Assembly (NCBI GenBank): GCA_021821085.1
Contig: JAKACV010000004.1
Location: forward strand, 27,543 to 91,542
Direction: 5' to 3'
Source of the DNA: Bacillota bacterium
Lineage (GTDB): Bacteria > Bacillota > Bacilli > Alicyclobacillales > SLC66
DNA: 64,000 bases
The position numbers and the translations under genes were made by a program. Numbering within the stretch: the first letter of the stretch is position 1; each line of letters opens with the position of its first letter. Of the stretch, positions 43,299 through 51,471 are shown piece by piece. Below the pieces are notes generated by a model that worked only from the letters and a program-made list of their open reading frames with translations, had not been told where the DNA came from and made no database searches.

Positions 43299-44081
43299 TC
43301 ACCGCTTTACGCACAATGCCATCCATTCAATGCTGATGAACGAATGAACTTCGCCGTTTTCAACGTTAACTCGAAAAAATTCCTTCACTTTTGCATCTGC
43401 AGATCGAATCCATTGCCCCACTCGTTCCTGTTGTTCCTGTGTTTTCGCCATTCGCTTTAACCAAGTATCGTACTGGAAAGTCTTGATTTTCTCTTTGGCG
43501 AAAGTGATTTCCAACCCCTCTTCTTGCATCCAATCTGTCCATTCACTCACCGAAGCGCAACGGACATGACTGATATCTCGCAACTGTTCTAATTCATTAT
43601 AAAAGTCCCCTAATTCGCAATCATCTGGCACGATATTGTCTACTAACAAAAAATGTCCCCCAGGGTGCAATACACGCGCGCTTTCTTGGATAAACAGCTT
43701 TGGATTGGGAAAGTGATGTGCAGCAATACGACAAGTTACTGCGTCAAAGTCCCTATCGAGAAAGGGCAACTGCTCGGCATCTGCCATCACATAGGAGACA
43801 TTGTGGACAGATGCTGATTGCAAATAATCCTTCGCTGTCTGCAACATGGTTTTTGTGAGATCTGCAGCGACCACATGATTCACATAAGGGGCTACCGCTT
43901 TTGCCACATGTCCACCACCCGTGGCTATATCAAGTACAGTCCAGGTTTTTTTCGGGGCAAGCACGTTCACAACTTCTTGCAAAGCATCCGTATCCGCATG
44001 AACGGCACTTGTCACATATTCCTGTGCCGTGCGCGAAAATTGTTCCTGAACCAATACTTTTTTCTCGGATTCTGATCTCAT
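43299..44081 (-). CDS. Class I SAM-dependent methyltransferase (Methyltransf_11 type)
   Basis: VLDIATGGGHVA motif I and the FDAVTCRIAAHHF block. Confidence 0.8.
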   Translation of the reverse strand: MRSESEKKVLVQEQFSRTAQEYVTSAVHADTDALQEVVNVLAPKKTWTVLDIATGGGHVAKAVAPYVNHVVAADLTKTMLQTAKDYLQSASVHNVSYVMADAEQLPFLDRDFDAVTCRIAAHHFPNPKLFIQESARVLHPGGHFLLVDNIVPDDCELGDFYNELEQLRDISHVRCASVSEWTDWMQEEGLEITFAKEKIKTFQYDTWLKRMAKTQEQQERVGQWIRSADAKVKEFFRVNVENGEVHSFISIEWMALCVKR

Positions 44082-44198
44082 GAACTGCCCACCTCCATGC
44101 GTTTGCTAAAATGTGTTAACTAAAAATCACATGAATACACGCGATCTACCGCGCACGATTCGCTTTACAAGTCACCAATACACATCCTCGTGCGCTCA

Positions 44199-44429
44199 TC
44201 AGTCGCCCATTTTCGCGTGATTTCCAGTGTATCCTACAATATTTTGTACGCGCCCCACCTGACCATCTTGTAAACGGACTTTGATGCCGTGAGGATGAGT
44301 CGCTGAATTCGTAAGAATATCCTTCACAATACCTCTTGTCATTTTTCCTGATCGCTGATCTTGTTTGAGAACAATGTCGACTTCAAGTCCAGCATGAATC
44401 TCTTTACGAATTTGTCCGGCACTTACCAT
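44199..44429 (-). CDS. YwbE-family small protein (DUF2196)
   Basis: VDIVLKQDQRSGKMTRGIVKDILTNSATHPHGIKVRLQDGQVGRVQNI closely resembles B. subtilis YwbE. Confidence 0.8.
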   Translation of the reverse strand: MVSAGQIRKEIHAGLEVDIVLKQDQRSGKMTRGIVKDILTNSATHPHGIKVRLQDGQVGRVQNIVGYTGNHAKMGD

Positions 44430-44450
44430 CTTGCCTTTCCTCCTTTCCTA

Positions 44451-44810
44451 TCACTCCATGTGAATGGTTCGATCGAACACGTATACAGTCATCCCCATAT
44501 CGAGATCGACATCAAAATCCACAAACAGTGTCACCATTTTTGCACCTACCAACTGTTCAAACTCGGCTCGCAAATTTAAATCCTGATAGAGTTCTTTGAT
44601 AAACGTTGTACGCGTATCCTTGATCATCCTCTTCCCTTCGGGAGAACGGTTAATAAACTTCTCCACCAAAGTGAGATTCCCCCGTAATTCACAGATGGCC
44701 CAAGACCCAACGAACCGAGTTGTCACCTGCTCGGGTCCTTTGCCGACATGACGTTTGCGTACTTCGCGGAGTAAGTTGCTAAATTCATGTGCAAGATGAG
44801 ATGAACTCAT
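44451..44810 (-). CDS. DUF2294-family protein
   Basis: 119 aa with GKGPEQVTTRFVGSWAICELRGNLTLVEKF, typical of DUF2294 as I recall it. Confidence 0.55.
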   Translation of the reverse strand: MSSSHLAHEFSNLLREVRKRHVGKGPEQVTTRFVGSWAICELRGNLTLVEKFINRSPEGKRMIKDTRTTFIKELYQDLNLRAEFEQLVGAKMVTLFVDFDVDLDMGMTVYVFDRTIHME

Positions 44811-44882
44811 ATCCCTATCTACCCTTTACCGTTGTAATCAGCATGTAAAAGCCCTTTTATCATTAAAATTCTCTCCTAGTTA

Positions 44883-44919
44883 CATGATATCCTTCATCAT
44901 CCTGATGAAGGATATCATG
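44883..44919. repeat. Perfect palindrome (17-bp arms, 3-nt spacer)
   Basis: CATGATATCCTTCATCA tcc TGATGAAGGATATCATG. Confidence 0.9.
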
Positions 44920-44930
44920 ATTTGTTGATC

Positions 44931-44960
44931 TGGACATCTTTTCGACAAACCTGCTATAAT
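44931..44960 (+). promoter_or_regulatory. Candidate sigma-A promoter with an extended -10
   Basis: TGGACA, 18 nt, then TATAAT preceded by TGC (TGCTATAAT). Confidence 0.45.
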
Positions 44961-45081
44961 TTCATTATCTTCACAATGCAATTTAAGCGATTTCATTAAG
45001 GTTATTGTACACTTTGATAAGAGCGTTTGCTTTGCAGGCCATGATCTGGATTGGCTAAAAGTACAAAAGTGCTTTGAACTA

Positions 45082-45142
45082 CTCCACAAAAACAAGTTGC
45101 GGATCAAGTTATTCCCGCCAACTTCGTTTTTGTGGAGTTTTT
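45082..45142 (+). terminator. Strong intrinsic terminator inside a 5' leader
   Basis: CTCCACAAAAACAAGTTGCGG pairs with CCGCCAACTTCGTTTTTGTGGAG (about 21 bp with two single bulges) and is followed by TTTTT. Confidence 0.7.
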
Positions 45143-45238
45143 ACGTGTTAGGGGGAGTGATTTCACTTCGCTTAGAAAGACCATTACGCGGCTGTGCATG
45201 GATGAACCCATGCACAAAGCCTACAAGGAGGAGTATAT

Positions 45239-45502
45239 ATGTCAACTGCATTTCCGATTTCAGCATTTTGGCCTCTTGCCATAGGATTCATGGGATTAGC
45301 AATCAACTATTTTGTACAAGGTGGAACAACTGTTTTTGGAGGCCCCAATTGGAGCAGTCTCCTTACCCTTCTATCCTCTGTATTGCATACGCTTAGCGTC
45401 GATCCTTTGATCGTCGCTAAGCTATTTTTCTCATTGACGAATAAAATCACCCGAAAATTACACTCCGCCATTCTCCATTCGCCGTACAATTGGATGACTT
45501 AA
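45239..45502 (+). CDS. Small hydrophobic protein, function unknown
   Basis: 87 aa. A strong SD (AAGGAGGAG) lies 7 nt upstream. Two to three hydrophobic segments are present. Confidence 0.55.
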   Translation: MSTAFPISAFWPLAIGFMGLAINYFVQGGTTVFGGPNWSSLLTLLSSVLHTLSVDPLIVAKLFFSLTNKITRKLHSAILHSPYNWMT

Positions 45503-47739
45503 GCGATAAAGAACAAATTAACAGATTGCGTGAAGAACTTCATGTCACCCAGTTCTGCACGATTCATCTTTAATCGGAGCGCTAATTCATTCAAATCTTG
45601 AATGAGTCGCTCTCGATTCGCTTCGGTAATCACGAATTGAATTCCGTACTGAAAAACACCTCCAGCCATCTCGTCACTCCATACAATGGTTCCATCACAC
45701 TCAAAATATCCATTCAAGAGACAGACCTTAAATCGAAGCACGACCTCACTGACGGATGCAAATCGCAAATTCGAGAGAAAGCGCAGTCCTCCTGGTCCAA
45801 TATCATGAATCAGCACCTCAGAATAACCAATATGTAACAAGCGTCCTCTAATCGATGCCACGGTCATCGTTCCCACTATAGGATGTGGCGGGACCACTCG
45901 AAAGTATTGCCTTCGATTTACAATGTCAAAGTTCTTGTCACTACTGTCTTCCTGTATGCTCACCCTTTCATTGAAGAGAAGTTGATCAAACTGCACAGCA
46001 GGAAGCGGGCGACTAAAAAGATATCCTTGAATTTCATCACACTGCTCCTCTCGTAATAGTTCCCATTCGCGTGGCGACTCGACCCCTTCCGCGATAACAC
46101 TGAGATCCAGGTCATGGGCAAGTTTTATGATGGAGCGCACAATCTCAAGTGTAGTTGAATTTTCGGATATTTTTTGGATAAAAGACCTATCAATTTTAAG
46201 TCCGTCCAGTTCCAATTGATGAAGCCAGCTTAATGACGAGTATCCCGTTCCAAAGTCATCAAATAGCACTTGAACTCCCATTGCACGCAAATCTCTCACC
46301 GCATTGTAAACAACCAATCCATTTGGTAAAAGACTCGTTTCCGTAATTTCAATTTCTAAGAAACTTATATCCACTTGCGTTTCATGTACAATCCGTTTTA
46401 CCGTTTCAACAACATCGCTATTTAGAAATTGATAGATTGAAAAATTCACAGATAGTTTCAAGAGTAATCCTCTATCCACCCATTCTTTCAATTTACTACA
46501 GGCATTTCGCAACACCCATTCACCAAGCGGTGTAATCAGCCCATTTTCTTCCGCAATGGGTATGAAATCTTGAGGAGATATGAGTCCCCACTCTTCATGC
46601 TCCCATCGAATCAGCGCTTCTGCGCCAACAATACGACCGGTGCGTCCATCTACACGCGGTTGATAGTAGAGAACAAACTGCTGCTTTTGCATCGCGCTCC
46701 GAAAATCATTCGAGAGAGAAAACCGTTTAAATGCTTGCGCATTTAATGTTGCTGTGTAAAAGCTATACGTATTTTTCCCATTCTGTTTCGCCCGGTATAA
46801 GGCCAATCCTGCATTTTTAAAAAGAGACTCACTATCCAACCCATCATCAGGATATAAACTGATCCCTATACTCGCTGTCTCGAAGAGATCGTACTCTTCA
46901 ATCTGAAACGAAGTTTGAAATAATTCCAGGATTTTATCTGCTGTCTCTAATACATAATTTGCATGTGTATAATCCAATAAAACAAACGCAAACTCATTCC
47001 CGCTTAGTCGATAAAGATAGGCGTCTTTCGAAACAGTCTCACGAAGTTGTAACGACACCGCCTTTAACAACTTATCCCCTATCCCGTGACCCAATGTATC
47101 GTTGATATCCTTCAAATGGTCAAGATCAAAACGCATGACAGCCATATTGACATTGGTTGCTTTAACGCGATGCAGCATGAGTTGTAATTCTTCCTCAAAT
47201 TTCTTTCGATTGGGCAAGCCCGTAACATAGTCATAATAGGATTGATGTACCATTAACTCTTGCGTACGCTTGATGTCTGTCACATCGCGCAACGTTGCAA
47301 TGACACTGTCCGGTTCGTCTTTATATTGCCGAAATGAAATCGAACAATGACACCATTCCCCGTTGTAATGCTTCAAACGCACATCAATGGCTACATAGAC
47401 TCCTGGCATTTGAAAGACTTCATACATCTTCTCTTGCAAATTCCCCAAGTCATCAGAATGCACAATGTCCCACATCGTGAAATCTCCAGTGTTCAGGTCA
47501 CTCGACTGATATCCTAAAACGTTGCGAATAGACGAACTAATATAAGTCGTTCCAAACGACTTAGAAAAAATCACAAACACATCTGATGAACTATCAATGA
47601 GGGCTCTTAACCTTCTTTCATCCAGTGAGATTTCTTGTACTCCTTCAACTGCAGCTTGAGCAACTACCATTCCCTGAACGGAGATGTTGGAACTGCCACC
47701 TAGGTTTGTCTGGAAGTATTGTTTTATTCTCTTGATCAT
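45499..47739 (-). CDS. c-di-GMP signalling protein: PAS, degenerate GGDEF, EAL phosphodiesterase and C-terminal PilZ
   Basis: 746 aa. The GGDEF-domain active-site motif reads SGNEF. EAL motifs are EALIRW, DDFGTGYSS, KIDRSF, EGVE and QGYLFSRP. PilZ motifs are RRQYFR and DIGPGG. Confidence 0.85.
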   Translation of the reverse strand: MIKRIKQYFQTNLGGSSNISVQGMVVAQAAVEGVQEISLDERRLRALIDSSSDVFVIFSKSFGTTYISSSIRNVLGYQSSDLNTGDFTMWDIVHSDDLGNLQEKMYEVFQMPGVYVAIDVRLKHYNGEWCHCSISFRQYKDEPDSVIATLRDVTDIKRTQELMVHQSYYDYVTGLPNRKKFEEELQLMLHRVKATNVNMAVMRFDLDHLKDINDTLGHGIGDKLLKAVSLQLRETVSKDAYLYRLSGNEFAFVLLDYTHANYVLETADKILELFQTSFQIEEYDLFETASIGISLYPDDGLDSESLFKNAGLALYRAKQNGKNTYSFYTATLNAQAFKRFSLSNDFRSAMQKQQFVLYYQPRVDGRTGRIVGAEALIRWEHEEWGLISPQDFIPIAEENGLITPLGEWVLRNACSKLKEWVDRGLLLKLSVNFSIYQFLNSDVVETVKRIVHETQVDISFLEIEITETSLLPNGLVVYNAVRDLRAMGVQVLFDDFGTGYSSLSWLHQLELDGLKIDRSFIQKISENSTTLEIVRSIIKLAHDLDLSVIAEGVESPREWELLREEQCDEIQGYLFSRPLPAVQFDQLLFNERVSIQEDSSDKNFDIVNRRQYFRVVPPHPIVGTMTVASIRGRLLHIGYSEVLIHDIGPGGLRFLSNLRFASVSEVVLRFKVCLLNGYFECDGTIVWSDEMAGGVFQYGIQFVITEANRERLIQDLNELALRLKMNRAELGDMKFFTQSVNLFFIA

Positions 47740-47871
47740 TAAAAAGTATACCCCCTTAGATCTCCCCCAGTCTTGCTCATCCCGAACGATTATCGTATAG
47801 ACTTACTTTTCGCACTCTTTCGCAGCTATCCTCCTTAGGGATACTGACTCGGTACAGTGTCTAATAGATAG

Positions 47872-47906
47872 AAAAGGCGAACCTTTTAAATAAAAGGTCG
47901 CCTTTT
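47872..47906 (-). terminator. Intrinsic terminator forming the riboswitch expression platform
   Basis: Minus-strand RNA AAAAGGCGACCUUUU-AUUU-AAAAGGUUCGCCUUUU followed by CUAUCUAUU. Confidence 0.7.
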
Positions 47907-47917
47907 CCACGATAAAA

Positions 47918-48006
47918 GTGTAAGTGGCAACCCGGCGATCATAGGTATACACCCTTAGACCCGTAGCTTTGCGTCCCAATGTTTCCATTGGTTTGCCATG
48001 AGACAC
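47918..48006 (-). ncRNA. c-di-GMP-I (GEMM-I) riboswitch aptamer
   Basis: The minus-strand RNA reads GUGUCUCAUGGCAAACCAAUGGAAACAUUGGGACGCAAAGCUACGGGUCUAAGGGUGUAUACCUAUGAUCGCCGGGUUGCCACUUACAC. It has the GGCAAACC junction, a GAAA-capped P2 hairpin, the GGGACGCAAAGC core, CUAAG/UAUG tetraloop-receptor halves, and a closing UUGCCA that pairs with UGGCAA. Confidence 0.85.
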
Positions 48007-48140
48007 TATCATTACACACACTCGATAACGAGATTGTCAGACTGCTTGTCAATTTGTCTTTACCTCTAATACTCTCTTGTGAGTATATTTTAATTCGCAA
48101 TTCGACATTTTTCAAGGTTTATCGACATTTTCACGATAGA

Positions 48141-48182
48141 GTGACCAAAAACCCGACCGGAACAGATCGGGTTTTTGGTCAC
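48141..48182 (-). terminator. Intrinsic terminator after the phosphate transporter gene
   Basis: GTGACCAAAAACCCGA pairs with TCGGGTTTTTGGTCAC (16-bp stem). Confidence 0.65.
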
Positions 48183-48211
48183 TCTATCTTCTGAAGCTCT
48201 CATTTCCATTA

Positions 48212-49645
48212 CTACATGGCGCGCAGACGCCCTCCTGATTCCTTCGCGGTGGAAGAATCATCTGAAAGTTTTTCAAGTGATTGACCATTCGGTTCGGGAA
48301 GTAAGAAAGTCAGCAACATCCCCACCAGAGCAAATACAAATGTAATATCAAGCGTTCCTGCTAAACCCAGTGTACCAGTCAAGATCGGGAATACGAACAC
48401 CCCGATAAACGCACCAAGCTTGGCGAACCCTGCGGAAAATCCATGTCCTGTCGTTCTCATGCTAACCGGGAATAATTCAGACGAAAGTACAAAAGTAGTC
48501 GTATTAGGTCCAAACTCTGCAAAGAAATAGCTAATTGCATACAAGACGAGAAACGGCACGACCATCGTTGTAATCCCTGGGATAATACCCATAAGTAGAA
48601 ATGCAAGCCCCATCACAGAGAATCCGATGAGTTGTAATTTTTTATGGCCAATCTTATCAATCGTGCTAAAAGCAAGAATGTATCCAGGCACAGCAGCAAC
48701 AGCAAAGATGATGAGTGACCACGATTCTGCCGTTAGTGCACTTGCGTGTGGTGCAATCAACTTCATGATTAGCGGTGTCGAAATCGAGTTGCCGTAGTAG
48801 GCATAATCAAAGAGAAACCAAGTTCCGGCCGTACCAAGCAATGTGAGCATCAAGCGTGGATTCGCAATAAATTGCGCAAACGTCATCCGTTTTACAGGTG
48901 CTGTATCTTGCTCCGATTGAATCGCACCATTGGAAAAACGAAAAATATTAGCTGATGCCACTTTTGTCTCTCCACGAACTTGTGCTTCATATCGCGGCGA
49001 TTCCGGCATCGTTCGACGGAAATAGATCGCAGCAAGCGCTGGAATGGCGCCAAGACCTAACATAATGCGCCATGCAATATTTTCATTGACTCCACTCGCG
49101 AGTAGTGTCATCGCGACAATCGGTCCTGCAATCAGCCCGAGTGCTTGCATTGAAAAAACGAGTGACACTAACTTGCCGCGATCTTTTCGATTGGCATATT
49201 CGCTCATGAGTACAGCGCTGACTGGGTAATCACCGCCAATGCCAAGTCCCATAACGAAACGAAAAACCAATAACCAGATCACACTTGGCGCGAAGGCAGA
49301 TAAAATGGCGCCGATCGCCATAATACTTGCTTCTAAGCCATACACTTTTTTGCGCCCAAATACATCTGCAATGCGTCCAAATATAAATGCACCCACAAAT
49401 GCAGCGATCAACGAAGTACTGCCGAGTAATCCGATCATTTCTTTGTTTAAATGCCATTGTCCTTTAAGGAGTACGAGTGCAGCACCAATAATAAATAAAT
49501 CATAGGCATCTGTGAAAAAACCTGCTCCTGCAGTGAGGACAGCGCGGAGATGGAAGAGTCCCATCGGGGCTTCATCAAGCGCCTCGTGCAATTGGGTTTG
49601 GTTCGCCATGTGTGTTTCGTTTGTCGCCATCAGATGGTCTGACAA
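48212..49645 (-). CDS. MFS inorganic phosphate:H+ symporter, PHS (Pho84/Pht1-like) family
   Basis: ORF 48212..49684. LHEALDEAPMGLFHLRAVLTAGAGFFTDAYDLFIIG mirrors the N-terminal Pht1/Pho84 signature (ALD.A....H......AG.GFFTDAYDLF). GRIADVFGRKKVYG and PESPRY are also present. I prefer start TTG 49645, 7 nt after GAGGGGGGA. Confidence 0.7.
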   Translation of the reverse strand: MSDHLMATNETHMANQTQLHEALDEAPMGLFHLRAVLTAGAGFFTDAYDLFIIGAALVLLKGQWHLNKEMIGLLGSTSLIAAFVGAFIFGRIADVFGRKKVYGLEASIMAIGAILSAFAPSVIWLLVFRFVMGLGIGGDYPVSAVLMSEYANRKDRGKLVSLVFSMQALGLIAGPIVAMTLLASGVNENIAWRIMLGLGAIPALAAIYFRRTMPESPRYEAQVRGETKVASANIFRFSNGAIQSEQDTAPVKRMTFAQFIANPRLMLTLLGTAGTWFLFDYAYYGNSISTPLIMKLIAPHASALTAESWSLIIFAVAAVPGYILAFSTIDKIGHKKLQLIGFSVMGLAFLLMGIIPGITTMVVPFLVLYAISYFFAEFGPNTTTFVLSSELFPVSMRTTGHGFSAGFAKLGAFIGVFVFPILTGTLGLAGTLDITFVFALVGMLLTFLLPEPNGQSLEKLSDDSSTAKESGGRLRAM

Positions 49646-49734
49646 ACGAATGTCCCCCCTCGAGTAGTTAGTTGCGGTGCGCATTTCACGCCCGTCTTTC
49701 TATCACTAAGGATAAAGGATGAATACTAAGGATT

Positions 49735-49751
49735 TGTAAATCAAGTGTAAA
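49735..49751 (-). promoter_or_regulatory. Direct repeat TTTACA-N5-TTTACA (PhoP-box-like) upstream of the phosphate transporter gene
   Basis: The minus strand reads TTTACActtgaTTTACA. The Bacillus PhoP core is TT(A/T/C)ACA repeated at 11-bp phasing. Only two hexamers are seen here. Confidence 0.3.
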
Positions 49752-49918
49752 GATTAGACTAATGCAAAGTAAACAAATCATGTGCACATTGTTACTTTCC
49801 GTTTCTTTCGTACACCAGATGGGTAAACGCCAATTTATTAACGATATCAACATACGTATAAATCTTGGCAAATTCACTTCATATAGTACTGTTAGAGGTG
49901 ATCGCGGTGGGCGAATCG

Positions 49919-50401
49919 ATGATAAGACAACCTTACTCAGTGTATGGAAATGGGGAAATTGTATACGGAAAAAATGTATTTGTCGCTGAACATGCGTGGT
50001 TTTCCTTCCCCGTCGTCGGCTCACGAATTACAATAGGAGACAACACCCAACTCGGGCGATTTTTTGGCGTATCCTGCGGAAAAAGTATTGCGATCGGACA
50101 TAGCTGTCTTATCGGCGAGCGTGTATTCATTGCAGATGTCGGCCATGCGTACGAGGATCCCTATGTGCCAATCCTGGTCTCTGGTTTGACGGAGGCAAAA
50201 CCTGTGACCATCGGAGATGACGTACTGATTGGAGTAGGAACCTTTATCGGTTCTGGCGTTACTATCGGCAATCACGTCATGATCGGAGCGAACTCCGTTG
50301 TTTTAAAGGATGTTCCTAACTACTCTGTTATCGCTGGAAATCCAGCTCGAGTTTTGAAAATTTTCGATTTCACCTCATTAAAGTGGGTACGCACCTCATG
50401 A
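49919..50401 (+). CDS. Hexapeptide-repeat (LbH) acetyltransferase
   Basis: Repeated IGD/IGxx hexapeptides and C-terminal VVLKDVPNYSVIAGNPARV. Start set at ATG 49919. Confidence 0.8.
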   Translation: MIRQPYSVYGNGEIVYGKNVFVAEHAWFSFPVVGSRITIGDNTQLGRFFGVSCGKSIAIGHSCLIGERVFIADVGHAYEDPYVPILVSGLTEAKPVTIGDDVLIGVGTFIGSGVTIGNHVMIGANSVVLKDVPNYSVIAGNPARVLKIFDFTSLKWVRTS

Positions 50402-50634
50402 AAATAACGACCTTTTGCGTTTGGTTACTGTACAAAGATAGTACTGCGGTTTACGTTCCTGCATACAAGGAAATCGTGGGGCAAAAAATCAACGATGCCA
50501 TTTTGTCTTTCGCGGTGATGTACCATTTGCAGGTTTATGATGTAGACCTGATCAGCGGTGAAGATCGTAAATGGATTGTGTGGTATCTATCCACACAAGG
50601 AGATTTTGTTCAATATGAGTTTCGAGAAATGTAG
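50398..50634 (+). CDS. Hypothetical small protein, translationally coupled to the acetyltransferase gene
   Basis: 78 aa. ATGA start/stop overlap at 50398-50401. I recognise no family. Confidence 0.4.
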   Translation: MKITTFCVWLLYKDSTAVYVPAYKEIVGQKINDAILSFAVMYHLQVYDVDLISGEDRKWIVWYLSTQGDFVQYEFREM

Positions 50635-50698
50635 TGAGAGTGGTCGCGTACCTTTCATCACATTCATCCTCTTGCAACGTGCTCACCTGTTTTTTATA

Positions 50699-50766
50699 CA
50701 ATCAGGCAAACTACGAACTAGGAAATATCCTTATCTCGAAATCCCCTAGTTCGTAGTTTGCCTGAT
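50699..50766. terminator. Long hairpin between convergent genes (about 22-bp stem)
   Basis: AATCAGGCAAACTACGAACTAGG pairs with CCTAGTTCGTAGTTTGCCTGAT. Confidence 0.65.
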
Positions 50767-50799
50767 CATTGATTTTTCGCACTCTGCGATCGTCTCCGC

Positions 50800-51468
50800 T
50801 TATTCCATGAGAAAGACTCGTGCAGGTGCCGCGTCAATTCCCATGATTGCAAGCGGCGCGGCCACCATCATATAGTTCCCCGACTCTATGTGGCCCAGCC
50901 GCAATCCCTCGATGATCAGCACTCCCGCGCTCATGAGAATTTTGTGCGTCGAATGACTAGGTTGCGCACGTTCAATACCTAACCCATCAATCCCAACGCC
51001 CGCGATTCCCACTTCCGCAAGATAGTCGGCCGCATCCTCGCGTACATAGATGAATTTCGGATTCCAGGTTTCGTCGAAAGAATTTTGCGTTTTCATTAGA
51101 AGAAACTCGCCTTTCGTCGGCGAAAGAGCTGTCACATCCTCACGAGTGATCGCATCGTTCACTGTCGTGAGATCAACTACGCGGCAAGACCGAATGAGTT
51201 GCGACAATGCGATACTATCCACACCAGCTCCCTCTTCAATCATGTGAAGAGGGGCATCTATATGTGTACCCGTATGCGTATCCATATGCAGACGGGTTTC
51301 ATGTGTTGTGTTGTGCGTAAAGTCACTCGTGGTTTCAAATACCGGTCGTTTCGCATCTGAATCCTTATATACAGGCATACTCGGATGAATAGGCATGCTA
51401 ATATCATAGATTCGATTCAAAATTTTCACCTCGCACAAGAATGATCGATTCGCGAAAAGGGCAAACAC
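50800..51468 (-). CDS. Cyclase-family metal-dependent hydrolase (kynurenine formamidase-like)
   Basis: The HTGTHIDAPLH motif is characteristic of the putative cyclase/arylformamidase family. The start is uncertain: GTG or TTG candidates lie a few codons into the ORF. Confidence 0.75.
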   Translation of the reverse strand: MFALFANRSFLCEVKILNRIYDISMPIHPSMPVYKDSDAKRPVFETTSDFTHNTTHETRLHMDTHTGTHIDAPLHMIEEGAGVDSIALSQLIRSCRVVDLTTVNDAITREDVTALSPTKGEFLLMKTQNSFDETWNPKFIYVREDAADYLAEVGIAGVGIDGLGIERAQPSHSTHKILMSAGVLIIEGLRLGHIESGNYMMVAAPLAIMGIDAAPARVFLME

Positions 51469-51471
51469 CCA

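Noticed and set aside
47803-48021. A 72-aa minus-strand ORF in the long leader of the GGDEF-EAL gene.
   Set aside because: It overlaps the c-di-GMP riboswitch aptamer and its terminator, which explain the sequence better. It has no SD.
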